Source: Convolutriloba macropyga
Taxonomy: Eukaryota
DNA: 64,000 nt
Direction: 5' to 3'
Assembly (NCBI RefSeq): GCF_964194025.1
Contig: NC_134469.1
Span: 76,756,001 to 76,820,000 of the forward strand
This document shows positions 1 through 11,950 of the stretch, piece by piece. How positions within the stretch are numbered: position 1 is the stretch's first letter; every line of letters starts with the position of its first letter. The translations under genes and the position numbers were made by a program. The notes below the pieces were generated by a model, which ran no database searches, was not told the DNA's origin, and was given only the letters and a program-made list of their open reading frames with translations.

Positions 1-3000
1 GGCGTTCTTGATCGACATCCATATACTCTCGCATCAACTGGTGCGTTTCTTGTAGTTTCTGTTTCATCGTGAAAACATAGTCACTTGGTGATGCATATAT
101 TGTGGTCTGTGGTGTGCTATAGATGCAGTCTATAGGTAGCGACAGTGGAAAACCCAGTACCACAAACGCTGGGCTGTATCTTGTTACACTATGAATTGAT
201 GATCGATATGCCATCATCACCAAAGGTAGAAAATTAGTCCACTCGTTTTGGTATTGTCCTCTACATTTGGAGAGGCATACTTCTATTGTTCGATTTGTTC
301 AATCAATCATCGCGTTCCCTTGTGGGTTGTAGGATGTGATTGATGTTCTCTGATTTCCTAGTTCACTGCAAAGAATACGAAACAATTTAGACATAAAGTT
401 TGACTCTTGGTCACTGTGTAGGTTAACTGGACAGCCGAATCTTACTATCCAGTCTTCAACAAACGCTTTTGCCACAGTTTTTGCTTCTTGATTGGGTAAC
501 GCTACGGCTTCGTACCACTTACTGAATTGATCACCGATAAGCAAAATTTGCTTGTTTCCCTGAGACTCGGGAAGTGGACCCATGATATCAAGAGATACTT
601 GCCAAAATGGATGACTAGGTTTCCATTTTGTGAGTGAATGCCGATGTTTCTGCTTAGTGCCTTTCCTTTTTAGGCAAACGTCACAGCTTTCTATCCAGTT
701 TCTTACGTCCCTTCTCATGCACGGCCAAAAAAACCTTTCGCAAGCATTTTTGTAAGTTTTCTCTATACCAAAGTGTCTTGCGCTAGGCGAATCTTGCAAC
801 AGCTCAAGAACGTTGGACACTCTACCCCAGGGTACCAGCATTTGGTAAACAGTTTCAAAGTTAGGTTCTGTTTGGTGTTTTCGATATAAAATCCCTTCTA
901 TGAGAAAAAGATTTTTATACTGAACCCAGTATTTCCATAACTCCTTTGAAGCTCCGTTTCTCATTTGCCTTGGTTTGGGTCTTTTTTTGTTTTTAACTCA
1001 TGAATATACTTCTTTGAGTATATTGTCACTTTGCTGCGAATCTCGCAGTTTTACTCTCTGCAGTTTGTGTAACTGCCAACCTCGACTACTATAGTCGGTG
1101 TCGTCTTGCTCTACGTCTAGCGCAATAGTGTTAACGAAAGCTGGTTGTTCCTCGTCTTCTGTGTTTATGCGCGAAAGACAGTCAGCGTGTGGGATTTTCT
1201 TTCCAGCTCTATGCTTGATGTCAAAATTAAATTGCCCAAGTTTCTCTATCCATTGTGCGACCATACCGCAAACTATAGATGGTTCTTTAAAACTATAGAT
1301 CCACACGAGAGCCCTGTGGTCCGTTATAATTAAAAAATGCTGACCAAGTAAATAGTTTTAAAAATAAAGGGTAAAATGAACTATTGCGAATAATTCCCGC
1401 TTAGTTGCTGAGTAGTTTCGTTGAATTTTACTCAACGTTTTGCTAGCATATGCAATAACTCTATCCTCAGTTCCTTGTTTTTATGTAAGAATTGCTCCGA
1501 TAGCTGTCAACGATGCATCGGTAGTTAATGTATATTGATCCCTATCGTTTGGATATCATAAAACTGGGGCTTCTAAAAGCTTTTTCTTCAACTCTGCTAC
1601 CGCACTTGTGCACTCTGTACTCCATTCAAATTTATTTAATTTATTTAGTAACCTGTAAAGAGGTTCTGCTGTTTTTCCGAAACCCAGAATGAATTTTCGA
1701 TAACAGCCCACAAGGCCCAGAAAAGCCCTGGCGTCTTTTAGGGATAATGGTTCTTTCATTTTTTCTACCGTTCTTACTTTCTCTGGGTCGACCTCGACAC
1801 CACTCTCAGATATAATATTTCCTAAAAAACTGACGCGATTTGGAAGAAATTGCATTTTGATCCTTTCATCATTAATCCATTCTCCGATAAACGTTGGAAA
1901 ACCAGCTCTAACCGTTTAAGATGTTCTTCGAAATTTCTTCCGAAAACGATAACGTCGTCTAGATAAACTAAAGCTACTTCGTTAGAGAGACCAGCAAAAA
2001 TAAATTCCATTAGGTTTTGAAAAGCTCCTGGTGCAGAAGCTAGTCCCATAGGGAGCCTCTTCCACTTAAATAGGCCCAAAGGTGTATTAAAAGTTGTTAC
2101 ATTTTGACTCTCTTCTTCCAGCGCCATTCGAAAGTATCCCGACAGAAGATCAATGTTTGAGAAGTACATCTTTCCCTCCAGTGAATCAGTAACCTCATTA
2201 GTTTGTGGTAAAGGCCAGCATGTTTTCTCTATTTGTTTGTTTAGACCACGGTAGTCTACAACTAAGCGGTAGGTTCCGTCTTTTTTTGGTACCAGTAATG
2301 ATAGTGCTGCCCAATCAGAGTGTGTTGGTTCGACTAAATCATCTTGTTCCAAGTCTTCGACAATTTTCTTCATGGCTTTTCTTTTCTCAAAACTCATGCT
2401 GCCGTATGTACGTCTGAATGGCACAGCATCCTTTTTTAATTTTATTTTATGATAAATTCGGTCGCAAAATCCCATATCATTTGAGTTTCGCGAAAATATC
2501 ACTTCATATTTTGTGCAAAGTGACCTCGCTTTTGTCATTTCCTCACAAGACAAGCTCATTGAACTTGAGTTCACGTGTTTCTCGAAATAAAATTCGTCCC
2601 TATGCTTTTTATTATTGTCAGGGTTATTTTGTTGTACTCTTGAAATTTTTTCAATGTTTTCCGCACATGCGATTCTCGCTTTTTTGTAAACTTTCTTTGA
2701 TTCCAATGTAGGGTTCAGAGCTCGAACCCATACGACATCATCAACCATGTCATTCAGCGATCTCGCTATTAATAAGTGTGATTTGTCTTCAAACCACTTC
2801 AAGGGTTCGACTATAATTTCTGTTTGCTGTGTTATGTTACCTTCTTCATCGATAATTTTGCATTTAATGAAACCCTCGCAGCGACGCGGTAATTCGTGAT
2901 CCTCAGCAGCTATTAAAAACAGATTCTTATTACTTCGTTGGGATGGGGACAATTGTAAGGTTTTCCCAATTGCCCCGCAAAAAAGTTCGTTCTTTCTGAG

Positions 3001-3435
3001 ATTTAGAATACAGTCAAAATTGTACAAGAATTCCATGCCTAATAAACAAGGCGTTATCTCAATTCTGGTCACTAGAATTTTAACTGTTATTTCACATGTA
3101 AATTTCTGAAGTTGAACTTGAATAACTGTTGACCCCATTATAGGCATTTTCCCGTTATTGGCAGCTATTATATTTTTATTGCACATTCTGATCTGGCTCG
3201 GTTCCCCCAATTGCCTGTAGAGTGTGTCGCTTATAATAATAACACTACTTCCACTATCAATTAAGGCCATTATCAATTTGTCTTTTAAGATTATTTTTGC
3301 AAACAGCGCCTCCACTGGGCTGTTTGCGCCACGCAAGGTTTTTACGTAGCCGGCTGAAAATGAAGCCCTGCCATTTCCAGCTAATACTCGTTTAAAAACG
3401 GACAATTTCGTTTGAAGTGATTTGGGCTCCCACAT
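1..3435 (-). pseudogene. pol: Gypsy pol (protease, RT, RNase H, integrase), broken into several ORFs
   Basis: ORFs 1822-3435, 1556-1855, 998-1306 and 299-964 are colinear pol fragments with diagnostic motifs (IDSGS, DYRGLN, YLDD, GIEKT..FFWP, DQFSKW). Confidence 0.9.
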
Positions 3436-4412
3436 TCGAAACAGTTTTTGAATTCACTAGATGCATGTTTTCGCTGACCGCAACGGCGACATTTTTCTTT
3501 CTCGAAACTGACCGCTGCCTTCGACTGCTCGGCACGACTCTCGTGCGATCAATCTCGGCTTCTGTTCTCACCTCCCGGTGTTAGCGAACGCGCTCTACTT
3601 TCGTAATTGTTTCATCTATGCTCAGCGATGCTTCTGGTATAGCTATTAGTACTTCTATTTCTATCTCCGTTCTCTCTTGAACCTCGCTTACTACCGCGCA
3701 GAAACTCTTTTGGCTGCGCTCCTTGCGACGAAAACTTTTGATTCTCTTGCCTATTAGGTTGATTAGTCTGCAGTGTTCGCACTAAATCGTTAATCGAATT
3801 AACCAGTTGTGTGTTTTCATTCGACTGGATGGCAGAAACCCAGGGCTCATTATCCTCCTCCTCAATTCTCGTGACTGCTTCAATGTGTAATGTTCTTTCT
3901 AAAGCTCTGTCTAAAGTCATATCCGCGTCACCCAAGTTCTTTCTCAGGTCGAGTCGCACCTGACTCTTTTCTATGTCTGCGAAGAATCCCCTCAAAATGA
4001 GATGTTCTCTTATCTCATCAGACTCCTGAGGGAATTCTTTCAAGGCTAAAGTTTGCAAATCACCGAGAAAATTTGTTAATTTTTCACCAGGCTGCTGGAC
4101 TCCCCTAGCTAGCCTCCCCCGGAACACTACTGGATTTTCATTATAATGTTGTCTGAAAACCTTTACGGTTTTGTCATAACTATTTCTAGTGTCCTCCGAA
4201 AGTGTACGATAGAAATCAATAGCCGCCTTTTGTAACCTTAACGCGATATAAAGCGGCCGTTCATCGATTTCGGTCTCGGCGCCGTTTACTGTTTCTTTTC
4301 TTTGCCACTTTTTAAGTTGTGACAAGAGCTCAAAAAGTGTAATATAACTTTCGAAATCATTTCGTCCAGTTAACGGTTCCGGTAACAGCGGTTTTGAGGA
4401 GTGCCGCGCCAT
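3400..4412 (-). pseudogene. gag: Gypsy gag, with a premature stop and two CCHC zinc knuckles
   Basis: ORF 3612-4412 is capsid-like (QQPGEKL..F...L..LA). Past the stop, manual translation of ~3400-3500 gives CRRCGQRKHASSEF (last Cys lost) and CFECGSPNHFKRNC. Confidence 0.85.
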
Positions 4413-4860
4413 CCTTATTTTATTTAAAAGCTGTTGTTATTCAAAATATATCACTAATTCTGTTCGAAACTCGAACTATTTTTCCGACACTCTAGTTAAC
4501 AGCTTTTAAATGTGACTGAAACTCTAATTCCCTCTACAATAGATGCAAAAAAACTCAAGGTTTAATGCTTGAGTTTAAGTCAAATTAAGTCAAATTAAAA
4601 TACTTCTGAACGCTATTTTATTATCAAAAAAACATGTACGCCCTGATTTATGCTATTCGAATTTTTAGGGAGTACTCACTTGAAATTTCCAAGATGGCAG
4701 TTGTTGTTGGCGAATCCCGACAGCAGTCCACATTTCCTCTTCCGGGTCGTCGAACTCGAGTTTAAAAATTGGTTTTCAAACAAAAAAAAATAGATTTCTC
4801 TTGGAAATTAGTACAACGCTCAATATTATTGGGTGGTGGTTTTCTATTTACTTTTATTCT

Positions 4861-5116
4861 CTGTCGCCACTATAGCAGCCGCCCGTGCGCAATAAATTGA
4901 GCGTGGTACTTGTTTAAAATACAAGGATTGAAGTTTAATTAATAAGTAGATAAAAGCAGAAGAGAATGGTTTCAAATAAATGAAGATTTATTTGAGTGAT
5001 TGACTCTGAAGGTAGGTTTATTATTCAATGAATGAGTTTTATCCTCAGTTTTGGCCGTACCCAACATCGGTTCTATCACCGTGGTAAATTAACCAAGTAA
5101 ATACTGATATGTCACA
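4861..5116 (-). repeat. Putative primer-binding site and 5' LTR remnant of the Gypsy element
   Basis: Minus strand reads ...GGCTGCTATA-G-TGGCGACAG, an LTR-end-like sequence followed by a TGG PBS-like motif (4861-4869). An AATAAA lies upstream and a TGTGAC candidate LTR start is at 5116. The partner LTR is outside the window, so this is unverified. Confidence 0.45.
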
Positions 5117-5263
5117 ATTGTTAGTATTGCTCGAAGCCCAAGCTTTGTCTATTTCAATCTATCGACACCTATCAAGATTGTGTCAGTCATTAATCAAGTA
5201 ATAAATTAAAATTTAAACTAAATCTTTGACCTTGAAACCCAAGGTTTTTAGTACACTTATTTT

Positions 5264-5720
5264 TTACATACGTGTAAAACTCACACTTCCACAAAAAATT
5301 GGCAGATCTTTGCTGTTTTTGATATTTCTCAGGAAACTTTTGCGTCGCCATACAAGGTCACGATGCTGATGATACAAAAACTTCACTGTCACAGGCGCAA
5401 CTTTTTCATTATTCAAACCATGACATGCAGCAAGATCCCAGGACTCTATCCGCACTTGAAGAACGTTGTTCATCAGGTTCAGCACCGTATTCCAAACATT
5501 CTCTCCAACATCAATACTATTGAAGATAAGGCAGGTCTTTCTAGATTATCGCTCCAATTCCAGAACTCTGTCTTTAATATCTTCTACGGCATTGTGACAC
5601 TTCAGTGCAATAATGTTGCCATTGTCTTTTATCAAATTCACAGCTTGATTGATTTCGTTCAATGTTGCCGCACAATCAGGTATCTCATTGTCATCAAGCA
5701 TGCCTCGCTGGCTCATTCCT
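5264..5720 (-). mobile_element. LINE (CR1/L2-type) ORF1 relic
   Basis: Minus translation DIKDRVLELER*SRKTCLIFNSI...DLAACHGL...PVTVKFLYHQHRDLVWRRKSFL resembles the coiled-coil/RRM ORF1 pattern (LEQYSRRNCL..., I..CH.L...P.IVKF), with an in-frame stop. Confidence 0.7.
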
Positions 5721-5868
5721 AAAACTATTTAATAAGTTTATCACAACAATTAGGCTAAACAAGTGGATCTTGAGTCGAACTGAATATTAAGAATTCCATC
5801 ATCTGGCATATTTTAAGAGAAAATGAAAAAGAAGTTTCCGTGAAAAATTGTAAAATGATTGACATTCA

Positions 5869-7595
5869 ATGGGATTTTTAGGTACCACAATGAATGAAGA
5901 GAAACCTGTGCTCCTTAGAACTCTCTCTACTAACAGTAACACGTCTTCCGCGTTTTCGCAAGAACTTAATGAGTTTATCAAAACTGAAAACAACATGACA
6001 ATCGATATGAGTTGTTTGTCGAGTTCATCAGACGACGGTGCTGTTTCCACAGATATCAGTGCGACAGGAAAATCGCCTGACGTGGAAAATTACGCAGGCA
6101 GATCTGAATTTTCGATTTCGCTTCCTGATGATATACAGCGTGATATTGAAAACGTTGCTACAAAAGCGAACTGTACATACTCTGAAATATTGGATAAAAT
6201 TTTTATCAAAATGAATGTTGAATGTTTGTTTACTTTTAAAGTCAACAGATTGACATCAGGGTTGAAAGTTAGGTTGCTGCCTCTTTTCGAATCGTCACAA
6301 TACTTACAAAGTCCAGTGGTACGTTGTCCTTACCATCAGAAGGAGGATCATTTAACACATGAGAAGCATATCGTCAGGTAACTGATGTCTCTAGGTTCAA
6401 GATACTTTGACTCTGGTTTTTTAACCTGTGTTGCTAAAGGGTACCAAGCGATTTAGAAAAAATGGAATGTTCTAGAAAATTGTTGTTACTCTACCCCAAG
6501 TGATTTGTTACACAAATATATAGGTTATAATATATGGAGTTTGAAAAAGTTATGAAAAAAATGTTACAAAATATAATGGGAAATTGTAGAATGGCTATGT
6601 GGCAGATGACATATTCCCATCACTAACCCTAAATGAGTTGGTTTTCAAGTCGCGTCTCATGCTGAAATGATGTTTCAGGTGCAATAGTGTAGGTGTCATG
6701 TACGAGGAAGATCCGACAACGGGGAGGCTTTCGGTTGTAATTCCGCTCCAGGATAATGTGCTCGAGTCACCGCATTTTATAAGGTTCGTAATTGTCGATG
6801 TCTGTGGAGGCGATAATTCATTTTAAGCAGTACTCCATTTCATTTAAATTGAGCTATTCAGATTATTGAGTTATTGTCGAATCTTTTTAACTGAAACCTA
6901 AGTTATCAATTGAAATGGTACTTCTTCAAGTCAAGGTCTGAGCATAAGTCATTAGTAAAGAAATCAAGTCTTTCCCGCAATACCTACCAGGGTTGTTTAC
7001 GGTGGGAGGGGGGGGGGGGGTATGAGCACTAATCGGGTGACGTTGATGGGGAAAGACACCAGAATTCTTTGCCGTTACTGGCACTAACATTCTTTTTTGT
7101 TCTAGCTTTGCTTGCTTAAGCACGTGCATCGGGGGAATCAATAGACAAAATGTCAGACTTTGTTGTACTTTGGAGCGAAAGCAGAATGTAATTGGAAGAC
7201 GTACAATCGGCCTCAAGATATCAACCTGTCCTGGCAGAGAGAGAAAGAATGAAGAGAGGAAAGTAAACGAGAACCATCGTCGCAATCCGAAGGCCTCAAG
7301 TTTAAAACGACCTCTTGCAGTTTGCCCAGATGACGCGGTTCCCACGCCTCCTAAAGTTCCAGAACATATCTGTCAGACTAGCGACTATCGCTTGAATCCG
7401 GATAGAGATGGAGTGTTTAGGATTTGCATCGAAGTGCGAAATGAAGATCTGGCTCGGTTTGCCTACATGCAGAAAGCTTTCTTGGAGAATGCCGATTCAT
7501 ACGATGCGACGGGTGGATACTTTTTTCGTTCAAGGGTCACATCTAGATCTTCCAATGACAGTGGAAATACAACTCCGACAAACAATCTAGCCTGA
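5869..7595 (+). CDS. p53: p53-family transcription factor, ~367 aa, 3 coding exons (5869-6377, 6679-6783, 7106-7595)
   Basis: GT..AG introns 6378-6678 and 6784-7105 are phase-compatible (1104 nt in total). The spliced protein has p53 DNA-binding-domain motifs: CTYSEILDKIF, VVRCPYH, HIVRC..YEEDPTTGRLSVVIP, FACLSTCIGGINRQ, GRRTIGLKISTCPGRERKNEE. All four Zn ligands are present. The start could be ATG 5869 or 5890. Confidence 0.92.
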
Positions 7596-8740
7596 TTTGT
7601 TTTTCCAAATTATGCCACAGTCATTCAAACTGTGAATCAACTCATCGCAACCTTTTGTTACATTTGTTGTTGCTTTAGTGAAGTCTTTAATAATGACACA
7701 GATGTAAAGCATCCCTACTCACTGTTGCATTTTAGGCAGTGATTTATAATAGCGTTTATAGCAATAATGGTGCTGAGAAAAGCCGGACAATCAGCTATCT
7801 TAACAGGGTGCGATAACAGTTGTCCGTGTAGAATTGTCATAAGCTGAAATCAAGGAGCAAATTGAATGTTTGTATTACCTCATTTCTATGAGTTTTGAAA
7901 GCTCAAATATACTTTGTAAAGAATTACTTTTTAAAGAAGCAAACGAAAACGTATAAAGGTTATTTACGTTTTAACGTATAACAGGAAAAAGTATAAATAA
8001 TTTTGCAAGATCAGCAAAAAATGTTAAAAATTGACAACTTAAGTTGAGACTGAGCCATGAATGGCCACTGCCTCCCTCGTTTTCAAAAAATGCAGTAGTT
8101 GACAAATGGCAAAAGTGTCATTAACCTTAGTTATTATGAGCACCCCTCGGCAGAAAAACTTAAATTACGAAATCCTTTGTTTTCGTGCCATTTACGTTTG
8201 CGACGTAATTTTTTTTGCTTAAATATCGCTTGTCATTTAATCAAATTTTTGTTTAATTGCTCTCTAACGAGGTTTGAAGCAAACATTTTGATTGTCTTTT
8301 TTAAAGAAATTATGAAAAGAAATCTTTATACTTGAGCCATACCAATTGTCACTGCTGATAAAATAGCAAAAACCAATTTTTAAACGCTTAAAACTTGATA
8401 TGACATCTGCTCTCATATGCTTCTATGCGTCGAATATAGACCTATCCTAGCACAGAACCACAAAGTTTTTCCAAAATTCAGTATGGAGACTTGCATTGTA
8501 GGCAAACTTTTGCGATTATAAAAAGTTTTAATGAACATAAAGTTGAACAAAAAATGTTTTTGTTGAACTGATTTAAAACGAAAAATTGTAGCTTCACCGA
8601 GGAGTGTTTGTCGCAGAGTTTATCAATTAATCTTGTTATGCAAAACATTACTTCAAACGTTTTCAGGTTTTCGAACCCTGGCTTATCTTTGCCCCGCAAT
8701 GTTTGTGAAATTGTTGCTCCGTAATGTGAAATTAACTTTT

Positions 8741-8953
8741 AATTCCTTAAGCACCCTTAACAAAGAGCAAGAGCTGGAATGGGTGGTGGTGATGAAAATG
8801 GCCCCAAAATGACAAACAGAAACAAAGATTGAAATCGCGTCTTTTGTCTCTATTTGATACGAAAGACGAGATTTCAATCTTTGTCATTTCGGGGCAATGT
8901 TTATCAGCGCCACCCATTCCATCATTTGCTCGTTGTTTGAATGCAAAGGAATT
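8741..8953. repeat. Long imperfect palindrome (foldback/MITE-like)
   Basis: Core 8822-8884: ACAAAGATTGAAATCGCGTCTTTTGT pairs with ACGAAAGACGAGATTTCAATCTTTGT. Outer arms: GCCCCAAAATGACAAA/TTTGTCATTTCGGGGC and GGAATGGGTGG/CCACCCATTCC. Confidence 0.85.
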
Positions 8954-9131
8954 GCCAACTGATGCAAAAAACAGATTAGGTGTACATGTGTATCATACAG
9001 AGAGGAAAAGTCCATATTGTAAAACAGGCATAGTAAACATTCATTGTGAAAAAGCTGTTTCACGTCACGGGCTTGGCTATGCAATAGCCAGGCACGATAG
9101 ATTTTGCAATAGGCATTTGTCAGCTTGCTCT

Positions 9132-9350
9132 GGCAAGCTTACCCCCTGTAGAAAAGGAGAACACTATTTTTCCAGGATTGAAAACTGAGCTCTATTTGAG
9201 CTCTTTTCTATCCTGGAAATGTTTAATCTTTTGGACTCCGGCAAGCTTACCCCCTGTAAAATAGGAGAACACTCTATATTTCCAGGATTCAAAACTGAGC
9301 TCTCTTTTTTACTCTTTTTATCCTGGAAATGTTTAATCTTTTGGACTCCG
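9132..9350. repeat. Tandem duplication, ~108-bp unit x2
   Basis: GGCAAGCTTACCCCCTGTA...TTTAATCTTTTGGACTCCG begins at both 9132 and 9240. Confidence 0.9.
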
Positions 9351-10135
9351 GCTGGTCATACTTGATCGAGCTTGTAAATCGACATAACAGAGCCAACAAA
9401 ATCAAGATAATGCTATTCCTGCGACCAGCTTTCCTTCCAAACTTTGAACAATGTCGCCTGGAGTCATGAGCCTTCACCAAGAACAGTGACCACAACAGTT
9501 CATCTTCCCGCTGCTTATCATCAAACATTAGAAAATTTTTGGATCCTTTGCTGTCGAGAAAACACATAGAGACCATTTTTACCTGAATAGTTTAAGGTTA
9601 ACTATAAAATTGGGATCTTGCGACGCTTTTGTTTTTCATTTTCTATTTTGGCCAACTGTTTCCGCAAGGAACTGTTTCTTTTCCCAGTCAGCAACAGAGC
9701 ATGTCGTCACCTCCGCTGTGTTCTGAGACATTCAAAGGATACTGAAATGACTCACTAGTTGCAATTTTGAAATCTCCTCAATTTAATCAGTCGTTTATGG
9801 TTAACAAAAAAAATTTGATACTTTCAGGATTGCGCTTTTATGGAAAGTGAAAAGAGCCTTTGAAAATGCCAATTAGTCGGATATTAATACAGTCTTCGCT
9901 CGGTTTCCTGTCGTGGCTCTTAAATTCGCTGAAATAACAGATCACTGAGAAACCACAGTTCTTTTGGTGGCATTTTTTTGAAGTAAATTTTAATATGGTT
10001 TTTGGCAAGGAATTGCAAAATATTTTGCTGGGCGAAAAGCTTTACTGAAAAAAATATTCTAAAAATCGACTACTGTAGACAAGTGACCACCGAAATTTCG
10101 TACACTTGTGCGTCAAAGTGATGCTTGGTTGAGGA

Positions 10136-10138
<3 letters not shown>

Positions 10139-10178
<40 letters not shown>
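10139..10178. repeat. (AT)n microsatellite
   Basis: About 20 AT units, read directly. Confidence 0.97.
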
Positions 10179-10179
<1 letters not shown>

Positions 10180-10181
<2 letters not shown>

Positions 10182-10522
10182 GACCTGTCAAAGCAGACTG
10201 TTTCTGAAAGCTTAGTCAGCATATAGTTCTTTCTGTACAACACTTTTGTCTCCTCGGGTGTTATAAACAACTGCAGCCAATGAATAGACTTCATTTTCAA
10301 ATTTTTGTACGCTTATTTTTTGATTATTTTCACATTCTTTACCATATAAAAATTACATAACAGCGGAAAACCAAACTCAGAGTTAAAAACTGATGATAAA
10401 AAATTTGAAAAAATGATGTCTATTCATTGCAGTTGTTATATTTCCTGTGGATAAAAAAGTGTGGTACAGAAAAAACTATATGCTGACTGAGATTTCGGAA
10501 TCTGTCTGTTCTGACAGATCGA
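10180..10522. mobile_element. MITE-like element with ~130-bp terminal inverted repeats, abutting (TA)n
   Basis: Left TCGACCTGTCAAAGCAGACTG..AGTCAGCATATAGTT..CAATGAATAGAC is the reverse complement of right GTCTATTCATTG..AACTATATGCTGACT..CTGACAGATCGA. TA repeats flank both sides. Confidence 0.8.
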
Positions 10523-11269
10523 TATATCTACTGCAGCAGAACATGAGAGCTGTCATGGGAAAATTAGTTCGGATTAGGGAGAGTTAATAACACAACTGAA
10601 CATTTACGAAAAGCAAAAGGATGGCCGATAAGAATCTGTCATTTAGATCTTAAAGCAAATACATTCTTTACAATTGGAGTAGAAATTGCTCCACCGATTG
10701 GCTTTTTTATTGCGAGATTGTTAATAACACCTCTCTGTTTTTGTCGCAGAAATTTAGTGACCGGAAAGCTTTTCAGTAAAGGTCGGTAGGAGACTTAGCT
10801 ATTGTTAGCCCAAGACCAAGAGTAACTAACATTACAAAGCACTGAAGCTGAACTTGTGAAACAAATGATAATTTTTGACTATTGGAAATTGAACTCCAAA
10901 TAATGACAGACGCGAGTAGCAGTAAAACCTACTCTATTCACAGCATCTTTACGAAATGGCGCGAAAATTTATTTGAGGCCGGCTATCTTTTTTCATATAT
11001 TAGAGAGATGAGAGTGGTACCATATATATTCATGCTCTCAAGCTCTTAAAAGGTAGTTTTGATTAAAAATTTAAACTTTTCGGGGTACTTATGATTTTTT
11101 TTGGGGGGGGGGGAAATTTAGAGATGAAGATTTCTTTTTTTTCTCACGTTTTTTTTGAAAGAAATTTCTTTTCTATCTGAGGGCAGATGTCTAGCATTAA
11201 TGTATTGCCCAAAATTATGTATGAAATTTGGGATGCTTTTCCCAAACATTAGATTATATGATGTGAAAA

Positions 11270-11950
11270 GACGTCTATTAATGTCAAAACTTTTTCAATG
11301 TTCTTAGTAGACAATGGTCACTTTTGCTAATTTTATTTTCAACTATGATGGCAGCTTCTTCGTTGTTAACTCAGAGATTTTAAGAAAGACAAGGAGGATC
11401 GGTAATCTGCGTTCGCACATAAAGTTCCGACCCCGCTCATCTACATTTTTCACTTAATTGTCTATCTAATGAGAAAGAGATAAAAAAAATTAAATATCAT
11501 TCATTAAACTACTACACGAATAAAACAATCTACTTTAGAGGGCAGATGAAACCTGTGACTACCATAATCTGACTACCAGAAAAGGCGGCGATAAAAATCA
11601 AATGATTACAAATAATAATTACGACCAAAACTCATTGTCCATTTTTTTGGAAACTATTAGTAACCAAATGAAAATGGCATCAGATTAAGCTTATACTAAC
11701 GAATATTAACTTCTACTTCATTCGAAAAAATTTAGGACTTTTCGTTAATGCGACTTGGTAACAAGTCAACAAGAAATGAGCAACAGGGCAAAGTTTAATA
11801 AAACCATTGCTTTGTTTGAAAAGAATCGTGAAATTGATTAGAAACATTATGCATCAAATGAAATCATTAAGAGATTATTTTATACCTCCATAGGGAGCGA
11901 TTGAGACCTTTCATTATCCAGGATATGTCATACGACTACAAAAAGAATGA
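11270..11950 (+). repeat. Dispersed repeat; inverted diverged copy at ~42460-43250
   Basis: CGGTAATCTGCGTTCGCACATAAAGTTCCGACCCCGC (11400-11436) and CTCCATAGGGAGCGATTGAGACCT (~11887) match reverse complements at ~42940-42977 and ~42477. Confidence 0.8.

Larger units (their letters stand above)
1..5116 (-). mobile_element. Decayed Ty3/Gypsy LTR retrotransposon (gag-PR-RT-RNaseH-IN), running off the window start
   Basis: Minus-strand domain order: gag (3612-4412), protease LIDSGS, RT (YRLVVDYRGLN, LPMGL, YLDD), RT/RNaseH linker (1556-1855; 998-1306 HADCLSR), integrase (H..C..C zinc finger, SLDIMGPLP, HSDQ, YNPQGN). IN after RT/RH defines Ty3/Gypsy. Many stops and frameshifts. The right boundary (LTR start) is tentative. 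Confidence 0.93.
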
